Shown piece by piece: positions 1 through 12,589 of a DNA stretch of 64,000 bases (position 1 is its first letter; each line of letters begins with the position of its first letter). The stretch covers positions 1,552,001-1,616,000 of the forward strand of contig CM075997.1 in assembly GCA_038087875.1 (NCBI GenBank), given 5' to 3'. The translations under genes were made by a program, and so were the position numbers. Below the pieces are notes generated by a model. That model searched no databases. It was not told the DNA's origin and saw only the letters and a list, made by a program, of their open reading frames with translations. The DNA comes from Malacoraja senta. Lineage: Eukaryota.

Positions 1-412
1 GTGAACCTTCTCTGCACTCCCTCTATGGCTATAATGTCCTTCCTCAGATTTGGAGACCAAAACTGTACGCAATACTCCAGGTGTGGTCTCACCAAGACCC
101 TGTACAACTGCAGTAGAACCTCCCTGCTCCTATACTCAAATCCTTTTGCTATGAAAGCTAACATACCATTCGCTTTCTTCACTGCCTGCTGCACCTGCAG
201 CCTACTTTCAATGACTGGTGTACCATGACACCCAGGTCTCGCTGCATCTCCCCATTTCCTAATCGGCCACCATTTAGATAATAGTCTGCTTTCCTGTTTT
301 TGCCACCAAAGTGGATAACCTCACATTTATCCACATTATACTGCATCTGCCAAACATTTGCCCACTCACCCAGCCTATCCAAGTCACCTTGCAGTCTCCT
401 AGCATCCTCCTC
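1..412 (-). mobile_element. CR1 (HER1-like) LINE ORF2 fragment
   Basis: Minus-strand peptides DRLGEWANVWQMQYNVDKCEVIHFG...RDLGV and LYRVLVRPHLEYCVQFWSP are typical of the CR1 RT C-terminus. Confidence 0.9.
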
Positions 413-837
413 TTGTGTCTCTTTTTAGTAAGCATGCAGAACCTACAACTCAACCTCAGCCTATGGCTACTGCATCAAGTATAACACACTGACCAATATA
501 TTGGGTGCTGCAATGTTTTACAAAGAGCTTCCATTGTGTTTCCGAAGCTCCTTCAGCATATTCATCACTTGAGCACCTCGCATGAAGGGAATAAAAATCA
601 AGCTTTTCAGTGTTAGAAATCTATTTTAACAAACTAACACTCTGGACGAGTTGTGGAAAGGGGCTGAAACCAAAACAGAAACTCATTAGTGCGCCACATT
701 TGTAGTTTACACAGGGATTAGATTTCTAGAATTATGTAGTAAAAGAGGTCATCCATCCAACATTCCTGAGCCAGGTCTTTTAAAGAACGGCACAAAGTGC
801 TGGAGTAACTCAACGGGTCACGCAGCATGGATAGATG

Positions 838-1290
838 ATAATAGACAATAGACAATAGACAATAGGTGCAGGAGTAGGCCATTCGGCCCTTCCAGCCAGC
901 ACCGCCATTCAATGTGATCATGGCTGATCATCCCCAATCAGTACCCCGTTCCTGCCTTCTCCCCATATCCCCTGACTCCGCTGTCTTTAAGAGCCCTATC
1001 CAGCTTTCTCTTGAAAGCATCCAGAGAACCTGCCTCCACCGCCCTCTGAGGCAGAGAATTCCATAGACTCACCACTCTCTGTGAGAAAAAGTGTTTCCTC
1101 GTCCCCGTTTTAAATGGCTTACTCCTTATTCTTAAACTGGGGCCCCTGGTTCTGGACTCCCCCAACATCGGGAACATGTTTCCTGCCTCTAGCGTGTCCA
1201 AACCCTTAACAATCTTATATGTTTCAATGAGATTCCCTCTCATCCATCTAAACTCCAGAGTGTACATGCCCAGCTGCTCCATTCTCTCAG
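838..1290 (-). mobile_element. CR1 LINE 3' end with (CTATTGT)n tail, inserted in a Penelope end
   Basis: Peptide RGNLIETYKIVKGLD...FFSQRVVSLWNSLP, a CR1 3'UTR stem (ggccgaatggcct) and the tandem tail atagacaatagac. Confidence 0.9.
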
Positions 1291-1299
1291 CATGATGGC

Positions 1300-1610
1300 T
1301 CGGGTTGGGACCCTTCTTCAGACTGAATGTGTGGCGGGGAGATTGGGGGGGGGGGGGAGAAAGCTGTAAGAGAGCAGGGGGCAGGCCAAAAGCATAGACA
1401 GATAGGTGGATACAGATGAGGGTGGTTTTTGATGGGCATATGGTTGGACAAAGGTCTGAGGTGAAAAGAGAAAAAGGTGTAAGACTCACAGGCTATAGAG
1501 GGGAAAATTAGCAAGACATCAAGAGGGTCTCGACTCGAAACATCACCCATTCCTTCCCTCCAGAGATGCTGCCTGTCCCGCTGTTACTCCAGCAGTTTGT
1601 GTCTATCTTC
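1300..1610. mobile_element. Penelope terminal-repeat remnants in inverted orientation
   Basis: Minus-strand cagtctgaagaagggtcccaacccg at about 1300-1325 with purine-rich pLTR sequence, and a plus-strand arm gggtctcgactcgaaacatcaccc...gagatgctgcc at 1524-1610. Confidence 0.7.
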
Positions 1611-1611
1611 T

Positions 1612-1850
1612 AATTGGCAATTAATGGTTCAATGGTTCCTTTATTATCACATATGCACAACACGGTGAAATTTCTATTGCACAACCCACAAATGAACAGT
1701 CGCCATATTTTGATGCCGTTTGGAAAGAAAAAGAGAAAAGTCCAAGATCGCTGGGCCTTTCTCGTCCTTCCCGGTCTTCGTTCTTGGCCGGCCGCAGCAT
1801 CCGATCTTGCACGGCTCGGCGACGCCCGCTGGGAGCTTCCATTTTAATTA
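1612..1850 (-). mobile_element. SINE-like element 3' end (family with ...AATAAA...CCATTGAACCA tail; also 10950-11260 and 54200-54385)
   Basis: Three loci share the tail and the aaaatatggcg / tttcacc-tg...tgca...tgacaataaa motifs. Confidence 0.5.
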
Positions 1851-2496
1851 ACTAACTCCCACTGGATAAACTGAGAACAGGAGAACCGCCTTACCTAGAC
1901 ACCCAGGACATACACTCAAAAAATGTTACTGTTGCGTGACAGCTATCTTTGAAAATGTATCCCATTGTGAGTTGGCATCTTTAGCTGCAAGGCGTAGGAT
2001 ATCACTTTCTCCAAGATGATTAAAAAATGTACACAGGTTTTAAATATTCTGTGTTGTTTTTATTAGCTCAAGCAGGGCACAGCTAGGGTCATAGCGTGGA
2101 AACAAGCCCTTCAGCCCAACTTGCCCACACCAACCAACATGCCCCGTCTACACTAATCCCATCTGCCTGCATTGGCCTATATATCCCACTAGACCTGTTC
2201 TATCCATGTGCCTGTCTAAATGTTTCTTAAACGTTGCGATAGTCCCTGCCTCACCTACCTCCTGCGGCAGCTCGTTTTATACACTTGCATAAGTGATATT
2301 GCTGATCTGTCTTAAAAGCCGAACCTTGGTGACATCCCGTCTGCCACTTGACACACAAGCACAATTACTAAAAGGGAGGAAGCAAGCAATTACAAACTTC
2401 CTAGGAAATTAGAAGCCTTTTGTATAAATTCACTGTTTGCACAGACTTCCGATCCAAACTGGAGCTTTTTTGTCAAGTGACCACTCTTCATATACA

Positions 2497-2697
2497 AAAG
2501 GACACAAAGTGCTGGAGCAACTCAGTGGGTCAGGCAGCATCTCTGGAGAAAAGGAATAGGTGACGGACTGAAGAAGGGTCTCGACCCGAAACGTCACATT
2601 CCTTCTCTCCATAGATGCTGCCTCACCCGCTGAGTTACTCCAGCTTTCTGTGTCTGCCTTCGATTTTATCCGGCATCTGCAGTTTTTTTCTCACACA
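2497..2697. mobile_element. Penelope-derived fold-back element with intact hammerhead core (2568-2595, +)
   Basis: Inverted arms gacacaaagtgctggag...ggtgac / gtcac...ctccagctttctgtgtc surround ctgaagaagggtctcgacccgaaacgtc. Confidence 0.8.
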
Positions 2698-2722
2698 TTC
2701 CCCAGCCACAGTCGCCGCTTAC

Positions 2723-2836
2723 CTCCACAAAATTGTGGATAGCTTCCAGATAGACCAGGTTGTTGTCATTGACGTCCACGCAAATGCAGAAGTAGAGCCC
2801 AGCGTAGCGTCGATAGATTATCTTGAAGTTTCGAAA
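2723..2836 (-). CDS. AP2S1: AP-2 complex subunit sigma, coding exon 3 (114 bp)
   Basis: Translates FRNFKIIYRRYAGLYFCICVDVNDNNLVYLEAIHNFVE. Acceptor tttgcag|TTT, donor GAG|gtaagc, phase 0 at both ends. Confidence 0.97.
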
Positions 2837-3133
2837 CTGCAAATGGAGTAGAAGAAATCATCAAAGAAATTGAAGTCTGGAACTGTGAACACATTTTGAA
2901 ACACCTCATGGGTTCTGCAGGACACACTAAAAGGAATGTGAAAGACGCTATATAAAGGTGAAAATTCTTTCTTTTATAAGTAAACAAGGAGGGTTTCCTC
3001 TCTGAAGGAACTTAAAAAATAATTGGATTTTATGAACCAATATTTTATTTTATATAAAAGGAGAGGTTAGCACTCCCCTTGATAAGGATGGAAGGGGCCC
3101 TAGTGGCCTTGCAATACACAAATGGTTAAGGCC

Positions 3134-3842
3134 CGGTGGTGCAGTGGTAGAGTTGCTGCCTCACAGCACCAGAGACCCAGGTTCTATCCTGATTACTGCC
3201 TGTACGGAGTTTGTACGTTCTCACTGCCCAGTCCATCATTGGCTCTGACCTCCCTTCCATCGAGGGAATCTATCGCAGTCGCTGCCTCAAAAAGGCTAGC
3301 AGTATCATCTAGGTCTCCCACCATCCTGACCACTCACTCATCTCCCCGTTACCTTCAGGTAGAAGGTACAGGAGCCTGAAGACTGCAACGACCAGGTTCA
3401 GGAATAACTACTTCCCCACAGCCATCAGGTTATTAAACTTGGCTCGGACAAAACTCTGAACATTAATAGCCCATTATCTGTTATTTGCACTTTATCAGTT
3501 TATTTATTCATGTGTGTATATATTTATATAATGGTATATGGACACACTGATCTGTTTTGTAGTCAATGCCTACTATGTTCTGTTGTGCTGAAGCAAAGCA
3601 AGAATTTCATTGTCCTATCAGGGACACATGACAATAAACTCTCTTGAATCCCCGAGACCTGCGTGGGTTTTCTACGAGATCTTTGGTTTCCCTCCCACAC
3701 TCCAAAGACGTACAGGCTTGTAGGTTATGAACCAATGTCCCCAACACTGAGCTTGTAGGTTAATTGGCTTGGTATGAATGCAATATTGCCCCTAGTGTGT
3801 GTCGGGTAGTGTTAATGTGTGGGGATCGCTTGCAGACTCAGT
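3134..3842 (+). mobile_element. HE1-like tRNA-derived V-SINE interrupted by a Rex1 fragment
   Basis: tRNA-like head ggtgcagtggtagagttgctgcctcacagc...ggttctatcct. The body resumes at about 3650 (ccccgagacctgcgtgggtttt...ggttaattggc). Confidence 0.8.
3222..3650 (+). mobile_element. Rex1/Babar-type LINE 3' end
   Basis: Encodes LPSGRRYRSLKTATTRFRNNYFPTAIRLLN and ends with acatgacaataaactctcttgaatc. A near-identical 3'UTR copy lies at 40839-41078. Confidence 0.75.
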
Positions 3843-4164
3843 GGTAAAATGCTGTAAATACTCAGCAGTCATCCAGCATTTATGGAGTTAATATTACAGA
3901 TCAAAGGTCTTCCACCATAAATGTTAACAGTCTCTCCCCCCTCCACGAACTCCACATGGCCTGTTAAGTATTTGCAGCATTTCTTTACCCTTTAGAGTTC
4001 AACATTTTTATCTTCCGTGTGTGTACACGGGCATCAAATAAGGCTGTTCAGAGGGATTCTGAGGTCCAAGTCCATATATGCCTGAAACTGGCAACAAAAG
4101 TAGATAGAATGGGAAACAAGGCATATGATATGTTTGCCTTCATCAATCAGGGCATTGAGTGTAA

Positions 4165-4414
4165 AGGGCCTGTCCCACTTGGCATTTTTTTACGGCAACT
4201 GCTGGAGTCATATCAGTGTCGCCAAAGGATTTTGAACATTTCAAAATCCAGTGGCGACAAAAAAAATGTTGCGACACTTGCAAAAAACCACCGCGCGTCA
4301 ATACGTCATCACGTCGCGTCACCGCTGCATCACGCCGCAAATTTCTCGCCGACCTGATACGTCAGTCAAAGATGCCGGCAGTCGCCGAAAAAATCGGCAA
4401 GTGGGACAGGCCCG
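4165..4414. mobile_element. PIF/Harbinger-type MITE (250 bp)
   Basis: TIR AGGGCCTGTCCCACTTG...CAAGTGGGACAGGCCCG with TAA TSD at 4162-4164 and 4415-4417. CpG-rich, internally quasi-palindromic. Confidence 0.85.
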
Positions 4415-4734
4415 TAAGAGTCAGGAAGCCACGTTGCAGCTTTATTAAACTTTAGCTGGGACGCATGTTGGAGTATTGGCTGAAGGTCTGGTCACTCCCA
4501 TTATCGGAAGGATGCGAAAGCTTTCGAGATGGGGCAGAAAAGGTTTACCAGAATGCTGCGCGGATTGGAGGATATTATCTTTAAGGAGAGGTTGGACAAA
4601 CATGGGTTGTTTTCTCTGGAGTGTCTGAGGTTGAGAAACATTTAAAAAATAATTAGGAGAGGCAAGATGGAGTCGAACGTTTTCCCTGGGTAGAAATGTC
4701 AAAGACAGAGGTTTAAGATCAGAAGAGGAAAGTT

Positions 4735-5519
4735 TTTTTTAATATATATATTTTATTGGAAGCAATTGTACAAAAAACTTGACAATGTTACAACTTTGTG
4801 AACAGCTTCGATTTTAACATTTTCCAAACAGAACATTAAATTAAAAAGAGGAGAGAGAGAAAAGAAAGAAAGAAGAAAAGAGAGGAGATATATCCGTCGA
4901 CCCACCCATGCGCCCGCTCACCCAGCCCTACGATCGGTTTCGAATTTATGTTCAACTATTGTGTTGCTCAAGAAATTCAATAAAAGGTGACCATATTATT
5001 AAAAATTGTTCCGGTTTATCATTCAAGACAAACCTAATTCTCTCTAGATGAAGTGTATCCGTCATTTCTGTAATCCACATCTTCACTGAAGGGACTGCAG
5101 TCTTTTTCCAAAATTTAAGTATAAGTCTTTTTGCTGATATTAGACCGTAATCGAGAAAGCGTCGTTGAGAGACCGTTAGATTGCTACAAGCCTCTGATAT
5201 TCCCAGTATTATCAATTTTGGGTCTGGCTTTAATGGGATTTTCAGTGTTTTGGAGATGGCGCTGAATACTTCTGTCCAAAAACTTTCTATTTTTGCATAC
5301 AGTACAAAACTGTGGGTTAAGGTGGCTTCTTGAGACTGACATGTATCGCAAAGTGGGTAAACACTGGTGAAAATCTTGCTCAGTTTGGTTTTTGAGTAGT
5401 ATAGCCTGTGCAGCACTTTGAACTGTATCAGGCAGTGTCTGGCATTTAAGGAGCAATAGTGGATCTATTGTAAGCTTTCGTCCAATATATCGTTGGAGAT
5501 TTGTTGACCCATCTCATCC
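4735..5519 (-). mobile_element. 5'-truncated L1/Tx1-like LINE (zinc-knuckle C-terminus, 3'UTR, polyA)
   Basis: ORF 4952-5416 (LHRLYYSKTKLSKIF...LCDTCQSQEATLTHSF...FW), a poly-T run on the plus strand near 4733-4740, and a 16-bp TSD tcagaagaggaaagtt at 4719-4734 and 5520-5535. Confidence 0.85.
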
Positions 5520-6154
5520 TCAGAAGAGGAAAGTTAAAAGAAGTGTGCAGGGCAAGCATATTTTTGTTTACACAGAGAGAGTGGAAGGTGCCTTGAATGT
5601 GTTGCCCGGGGTTGTGGTGGAAACATAAGATTGTGGCGTTTAAGAGGCTTTTAGATAGGTGCATGGATATGAATGAATAAGTTTATTGGTCAAGTATTCA
5701 CATACAAGGAATTTGCCTTGGTGATCCGCCCGCAAGTGACAACATGACATACAGTGACAGTTAGGTATGACACATAAAACATTATGCTGGGGATGGATGA
5801 ATATGGACCACATGCAAGCCGAGATTAACTTAACATCATGTTCGAGACAGACATTGTGGACTAAAGGGCCTGTTCCTGTGCTGTAGTGTGTTATGTTCTT
5901 TGTAAGGCATGGATTTGGTGTAAATATAATGATTTTCCCTGGGCCAATATCTTACCTCGCCTGCCAAATTAGGAAATCTGTTGACATCTACAGCGCAGAC
6001 TCACACCAGGTACTGTCAGCAAGTGTGGAATAATTGATACCAAATGTGGCTCAGGAAGCATTATTACATCTGAACTCACAGAGCCCACAGTGGATGGAAC
6101 ATTGAACCCAGTGGAAATGGGTTCTCTGGGTGTCCTTCATTGAAAAAGAACGTG

Positions 6155-6645
6155 CTCGTCCGAGTGAGGCCACATGCAAACTGGAGGAACAGCACCTCAT
6201 ACTCCACTTGGGTATCTTACAACCTAATATGAACATTGTTTCTCCAATTTTCGGTAACTAACCTTCAAACAAGCCCCCCCCCCCTCCACTTCTTTTCCCT
6301 CTCTTCCCTGTACCCCACCTGGATTTGCACCCATTTCTCCCATTCCCCATCGTCCCATCTATATTCCTTCCTCTGGCAACACAATTCTTCATCACACTTC
6401 TCTTCTCATCTCACACTTTTTAAATCTTCTCATCTCTCGCCTTTGCCCAACCATCTGCCTATCACCCCCCTCCTCTCACCTGTATCCACCTATCACTTGC
6501 CAGACTATCCTGATCCCCACTTCTCTTCCAGCTTTCCTCCCCCCACCACAATCAGTCTGAAGCATGGTTGATACATCACCGATTCATATTCTCCAGAGAT
6601 GTTGCATGACTGCTGAGGTACTCCAGCACCTTGTGTCCATTTTTG
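6155..6645 (+). mobile_element. Degenerate Penelope 3' end (GIY-YIG tail and pLTR)
   Basis: KLEEQHLILHLGILQP-like peptide, pyrimidine-rich pLTR, decayed cagtctgaag...catcacc core and gagatgttgc arm. Confidence 0.75.
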
Positions 6646-8899
6646 CCTGTATACAAATTGTCAGATTGTTGAGCCCATTTGTAGGAACCTAACAAAGGTA
6701 CGTACCACATACAGTATTTTGTTCGCGTATGCGTGTACATATGCCAATAAGGTTTGGAACCACTGGTCTAAAGCCAGCAGAGATCAATAGGCCAACATCG
6801 TCAGAAATATGAGAAAATATGAGGTAGAAAGAGGCGATAGTCTCTCCCCTCCTCTCCTTGGAAAGGGAAGTTAAGCAGTAGTGAAGGAGAAGAAATCCAC
6901 GAGGGCTTTATAGCAGATTATAATTGATTCTATCCTTACCCCTAAAGCATTCAGTTTTGAGCTTCATTCAGCAGCTGGTTTTTCCCTTCGTAGCCCAGGG
7001 GCACTGAAGCCTACCTTGGGTCTCATCTGCTGCCTTGGGGAAGAGTACCCATGGAGGCAACTGAACCCAATCTATTTCTGGGCCCACCCAGATGCCTCAC
7101 AATTGAACCAGATGGTACAATGCTCCACTATGCCATCAGCTTTCTGACTTCTGATTCCTGTTTAACCGTTCACAATATGTGATAGAAAAAAAACAGGTCA
7201 GATCCACAATCCATGTCATTTCTCTCCATCTGGGGCATTATGTGTTTTTTTCTCCCCTTTTTGCTGAATCAGTTTCTGGAGTCGAAATAGCATTAAGCAT
7301 TTCCTTCATGATTCATTAGCAGCCAGTCAGTCCCGAGTCTGTGCCAGCAGCAATCACCACGCTCCATTCTCTACTCTATTCTCCTCGCCCAGTCATATGT
7401 TAAGGCAGGCAAGGAAACTGTCGGTGCCCAGTGTTGAAACATAGAAAATAGGTGCAAGGGTAGGCCATTCGGCCCTTCGAGCCTGCACCGTCATTCAATA
7501 TGATCATGGCTGATCATCCAACTCAGTGTGCGTTTTCACACTATACCTTCTGTCCGATGGGAGAAGGGGGAGCGGCCGGGGTGCGACTCATCCTTGATTA
7601 TGCTGGTGGCCTTGCCGAGGCAGCGTGAGGTGCACAATGGAGTCAGTGGAAGGGAGGTTGGTCAGCTTTTTCATTCTGTGGGTGCCAAGGTTTATGGTGA
7701 GAGGGTAGGAGGATGGGGTCGAGAGGGAAAGATATATCGTCATGAATGGACTAGACACGATGGGCTGAATGGCCTAATTCTGCTCCTTTGACGTGTGAAC
7801 TTTTGATGCCAGTGACCTGGTTGTCTAGCTGCCTCAACGACTTTGACTTATTGCCAGAAGACAGAGTGGATGTAGGCTTGCTCTTTGTTTAACTGTCATT
7901 GTGGATCCTAGCTAGGCCATAATAGGATTGCTACACAATATCACTAATGTGGGTATATCTGGAGGGAGTTGGACAGGACTCCCAACCCTGATAAGTACAG
8001 TTATACCTCCCAGAAGCATATTGGTGGTAGCTAAGCAGGGACACTGTCCTCACAGTTGAATATTGGCATTCACTGTTAATAGCCACTTGGGCAATGTACC
8101 AATGTGCACTTACTATCCTTGGAACAGGTATCCCATTGAGGGCTTTAGGACAGGAAGGAATACAAATGATGTTACTGGCATAATAAGAAAAGACTTGCTG
8201 CCAAAACACTGATTCAATGCAGTGTGAAAATCTAAACATTCTCTGAATTGTACAGAAATGTGCGGAGCCAACCCTAGTTTAACAGCAGAAGGGTGGAGTG
8301 AGGGGATGATAATCTATGCATCAACTCGCTTTTTTTTTTAAAGACAGACCTCAATTTTTTCCAATCTTGTTTGATCTTACGGCATGCAGTCCTTTAGTTC
8401 AATTATTTTTTAAAGTTATTGCCCACCCTCGATATTTTTGGCTCAGCGCAGTTGCTGGGACAAATAGAGAGCCAGTTTCCAGTCTAACTTTGTACTCCAA
8501 GATGGCTGAGCAGCTGTTTTGCCAGTTATTTTGCTCAGACCTGCTATCCGCAGGTTGGCGCACCTATCAGGACCGCCTGGAATGACTTCAATTGAAAAAT
8601 ATCTTTAAAAATCTGGATTATGAGTGTTACTGACAAAGACAGCATTTAATGTCCACTGCTGATCCTTTGAATTTCAATTGCCTCAGAGGACAACTAATGG
8701 TGAATTACTTTGCTTGGAGTATGCAGTCACAGAGTTATCCAGACCTGGTGAGGTCAGCAGCTTTCCTTCTCTAAAGTGAACCAGTGGACTTTTTTGCTTG
8801 TCTGGTAGCTTCATACTTTAGTTTACTTTAGAGTCTTTACAGCATGGAAACAGGCCCCTCTTACCACCGAGTTCGCACAGCTCAACAATCACCCGCTCA

Positions 8900-9292
8900 C
8901 AGGTGATAGACTTCTGACCGACATCCACTATAAACCCACTGACCCCCATGGCTATCTAGACTACTCTTCTTCCCACCCTGCGTCCTGACTCCATCCCATA
9001 CTCCCAATTCCTCCGTCTACGCCGCATCTGCTCCCAGGATGAGGTGTTCCACACCAGGGCATCGGAAATGTCCTAATTCTTCACGGAACGGGGGTTCCCC
9101 TCCCCTACTATAGATGAGGCTCTCACCGGGGTCTCTTCCATACCCCGTAACACTGCTCTCTCTCTCCCCATCCCCCCACTCGTAACAAGGGCAGAGTCCC
9201 CCTAGTCCTCACCTTTCACCCCACTAGCCGTCACATACAACAAATAGTCCTCCTCCAACGTGACCCCACCACTCGCCACATCTTCCCATCCA
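8900..9292 (+). mobile_element. Penelope RT C-terminal/linker fragment
   Basis: Peptides TDIHYKPTDPHGYLDYSSSHP...SIPYSQFLRLRRICSQDEVFHTRASEM...FFTERGFP and RVPLVLTFHP are characteristic of Penelope ORFs. Confidence 0.85.
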
Positions 9293-9304
9293 GCACTTTT
9301 GTTT

Positions 9305-9545
9305 ACCCGCTCACACTGGTTCTGTTATCCAAGTTTTGCATCCTACACACTGAGGGCAATTTACAGAGGCCAATTGACCTACAAACCTGCATGTCGTTGG
9401 AATGTAAAAGGAAACTGGAGCACCTTGAGGAAAGCCATGCAGGGAGAAGGTACAAACTCTGTACAGACAGCACCCGTGGTCAGGATCGAACCCGGGTCTC
9501 TGGCTCAGTAAGGCAGCAACTCTACCGCTGCGCCACCGTGCCGCT
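9305..9545 (-). mobile_element. HE1-like SINE
   Basis: Reverse complement of the SINE head (gcggcacggtggcgcagcggtagagttgctgcc) and body. Confidence 0.85.
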
Positions 9546-11642
9546 CTAAATTCTGGAGTAAAAAGTAGTCAAATTTAAACACCCTGGTTGTTACAGTTTG
9601 ATTTGAACATTGATTTAGAATGCTCTCCTTCAAGAACTAAGCTGCCAAAACTACAATAGGATTGAACCGGTGTAAATCTCATATATTGGCCACTTGTTGT
9701 ATTACTCGCATCACTCATGCCTTGAAACTTGTCATGTGGAGTCTGAAATGAAAACCATAATTGTTGATTTTACCATTATCCATAGATGACCAGGATATAT
9801 ATTTGTTTTGAATTAATGGGTTTAAAGTGGCTGCTTTAGTAGTTTTTGATGGATTTGGCTTTAATGAGAACACTACAAAACATTAATATCAGTCATTTGA
9901 GAGACATAAATTATCGGGTAAAAGGATTAGCGTTTATTTTGGAACATAGATAAGAGACCCTGGATGATATAAAACCTCTATATTCCCCTGATGACAAAGA
10001 GCTGGGGTATTCTTGATTTGTTTACCATATGGTGCGGTATTTAGTTCCATAGATTCGCGGAGCCTCACCTTTTAGTTCTAGTCAATGATACAAGTGCTTT
10101 TTAATAGCACAGACTAGGTAAAATCACATATCGGAAGACACCCGAGCTGACTGATTGTAGGTTTCTGAGTGCCCAGCATAAATCCTATATCCAAGAGGAG
10201 AGAAAATAGCAGCTACTTTTTTTTTAAGCAGAAGTGGATCTCACTGCTCCTCTCATACTGTGTTTATCTCACTGGCACTACAAAACAAACTGTAGTGTAT
10301 GCTTTTATAAAATGGACACCAAAAACTGCCAGTACAAAAGGATTAATAAAGCACATCTAGCATCTATGGAGTAAACAAAATGGTGAACGAACAGCAAGGC
10401 AGCACCGGGCTAATTGGAGCAGTGTGTGAAACTAATGACCCAAAGGCAATCAAGTTATACGTTAGGTATGTCTCCACAGAGTTAAACCAGCATTATTCAT
10501 ACATCAGTGTCACTGCTTTGAAATATTTCCTACCAAGGCTATGGACGGGCAGATATTACAGTCCGAGGGGTAGTTTTTCTGGATGTTGGTCTCCACTTTT
10601 AAACAACAGACTATCAGCCTTGGCACCAGGGCTATTTGGTCAGCCATTTCCATTATAATGTGCCAATGCATGCATCAATATAGGGAACCCTAAAATAAGT
10701 TGAAACGTCAATTCTCCCATTCTAACGGATGGCCCTTGTGTGAAGAAATGATTTTCCGCTTAAATGCTCAGTAGTATTTGCCAACTGAGTAAAATGTGTT
10801 TCTTTTCCCCTTTGTTGATGACTTCACTGTCTGCTGTTAAGTAACCCTAAAATGGTTTGATGCTAATTGGTTGATCTCAGATGTGGCAACAAATAGAGGT
10901 GTTACACTTGACTCAAGAGCCCAAGGGGCCAGAGTTGGTTGGGAGCACGGGGCACAAAGGCGGACGTGCGAGGAGAGGGCCGCCGGTTCGCAGGTCCTAG
11001 GGAAGGCGATGGCTGGAGGCCCGCAGCAGCCTGGGGATCGCCTGGAACGGGCACCGCTCATAATACCCAGAGCATGGATTGGGAATGGCGTTAAAAAATG
11101 GCGCTTCTTGCATGTGGGATCAGTAGACTTTTTCCATACAATTTGCTAAATCGGGGATGTGCATAGATATGGCAATACTCTACTGGACTGTTTGTAAGAA
11201 AATAATTTCATTGTGCGTTTGCACTTCGCACGTGGCAATCCAAGCACCATTCAACCATTAAGTGATCGCTGGAGGTAGGTGATCTCCCGACTCTCAGCCA
11301 TGAAGAAGGGTCTCAACCCAAAACATCACCAATTCCTTTTCTCCGGAGATGCTGTCTGACCTGATGAGTTACTCCAGGTTTTTGTGTCTATCTTCGGCAA
11401 TATGAGAGTCTTGCTAAAGAGGGTTCACTGTTACATTTTGTATGAGGAAAGGATTTGAAGGAATAGCTTGTCATAAATTGCACCATCATGCCAAGCATTT
11501 GAATGATAACCTGAGGGATAAGCTATCCAAGGACCCTGCCTGTGGGATAAGAATGAAGTTAATTGCTTCAAATCTAAAGCAAATGGATTGCTTCCCTCAC
11601 TGGAGTGATTTTAGTCAGCAATGGCCTGGTTCAACCTGTACT

Positions 11643-11987
11643 ACATCATGAGAGGAATAGATCGGGTAGATGCACAGAGACTCTTGCACAGAGTAGGTGA
11701 ATCGGGGTTTAAGGTGAAGGGGAAAAGATTTAATAGGAATCTAAGGGGTACTTTTTTTCACACAAAGGGAGGTGGATGTATGGAGCAAGCTGCCATATGA
11801 GGTAGTTGAGGCTGGGACTATCCCAATATTTAAGAAACAGGTAGACAGGTTCATGGATAGAACTGGTTTAAGAGGGATATGGACTAAATGCAGGCAGGTG
11901 GGACTTGTGTAGCTGGGACATGTTGGCTGGTGTGGGCAAGTTGGGCCGAAGGGCCTGTATCCACACTGTATCACTCTATGATTCTAT
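11643..11987 (+). mobile_element. CR1 LINE 3' end
   Basis: atcatgagaggaatagatcgggtagatgcacag...gggccgaagggcctgtatccacactgtatcactctatgattcta. Confidence 0.85.
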
Positions 11988-12589
11988 AAATCTACATAGG
12001 GGGAAATGTAAACTTTAGGGGATGCCCTATAATAGGCAGGTCCTTAAGAATCCCAGCTAAAGTTAGTAATTTATTATTGAATGCGGGCTAACAACAGCAG
12101 AGTTAATGGAATTACCCTTTTGACGAAAACATCTGTAGAAACATGGCCGGCTGCCAATGGTTCCAGCTATTGATGCTGATATATCATCAATGCCTACCAT
12201 TTATTTTGGTAAGACCTATACAGAACACAAATGGAGGCTTTTTGTCCCCCGGCAATAAGACTCAGAATTTATACTTTAGATACTCTATGTATTAGTCAGA
12301 GGGTGGTGATCTGTATGACTGTTACTTAATTCTGCAATGTTTTTAAATCGTTTCATTATCCGCGACCAAGAGGCTGTAAAGATTATCTTTTGTAAAACAT
12401 TATCTACATGTTTCCTACACCACAGCGATGATTACAGTTTTACAGTGCAAGGTCCTGTGTGGAATTGTACCAACGCAAACTATGTTAAGGTTTGCCAATC
12501 TTTAGTTTGATGGCATTGCCAAAAGAAAATATGGAATGATTCTTTCCTTTATTATGTTGGAGTTTCAGCCGCTCAATGTTTGGATGCCT

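Larger units (their letters stand above)
4030..5885 (+). mobile_element. Old CR1 fragment hosting two nested insertions
   Basis: Degenerate CR1 ORF2 and 3'UTR sequence that is continuous once 4165-4414 and 4735-5519 are removed. Confidence 0.7.

Noticed and set aside
1..2700. Search for AP2S1 exons 4-5 (VLNEYFHNVCELDLVFNFYK...)
   Set aside because: Not found on the minus strand by eye. They most likely lie beyond the left edge, so this is not evidence of truncation.
3134..3200. tRNA-like sequences here and at 9480-9545, 14150-14220, 17215-17270 and 56619-56670
   Set aside because: They are SINE heads followed by the SINE body and tail, with no complete cloverleaf.
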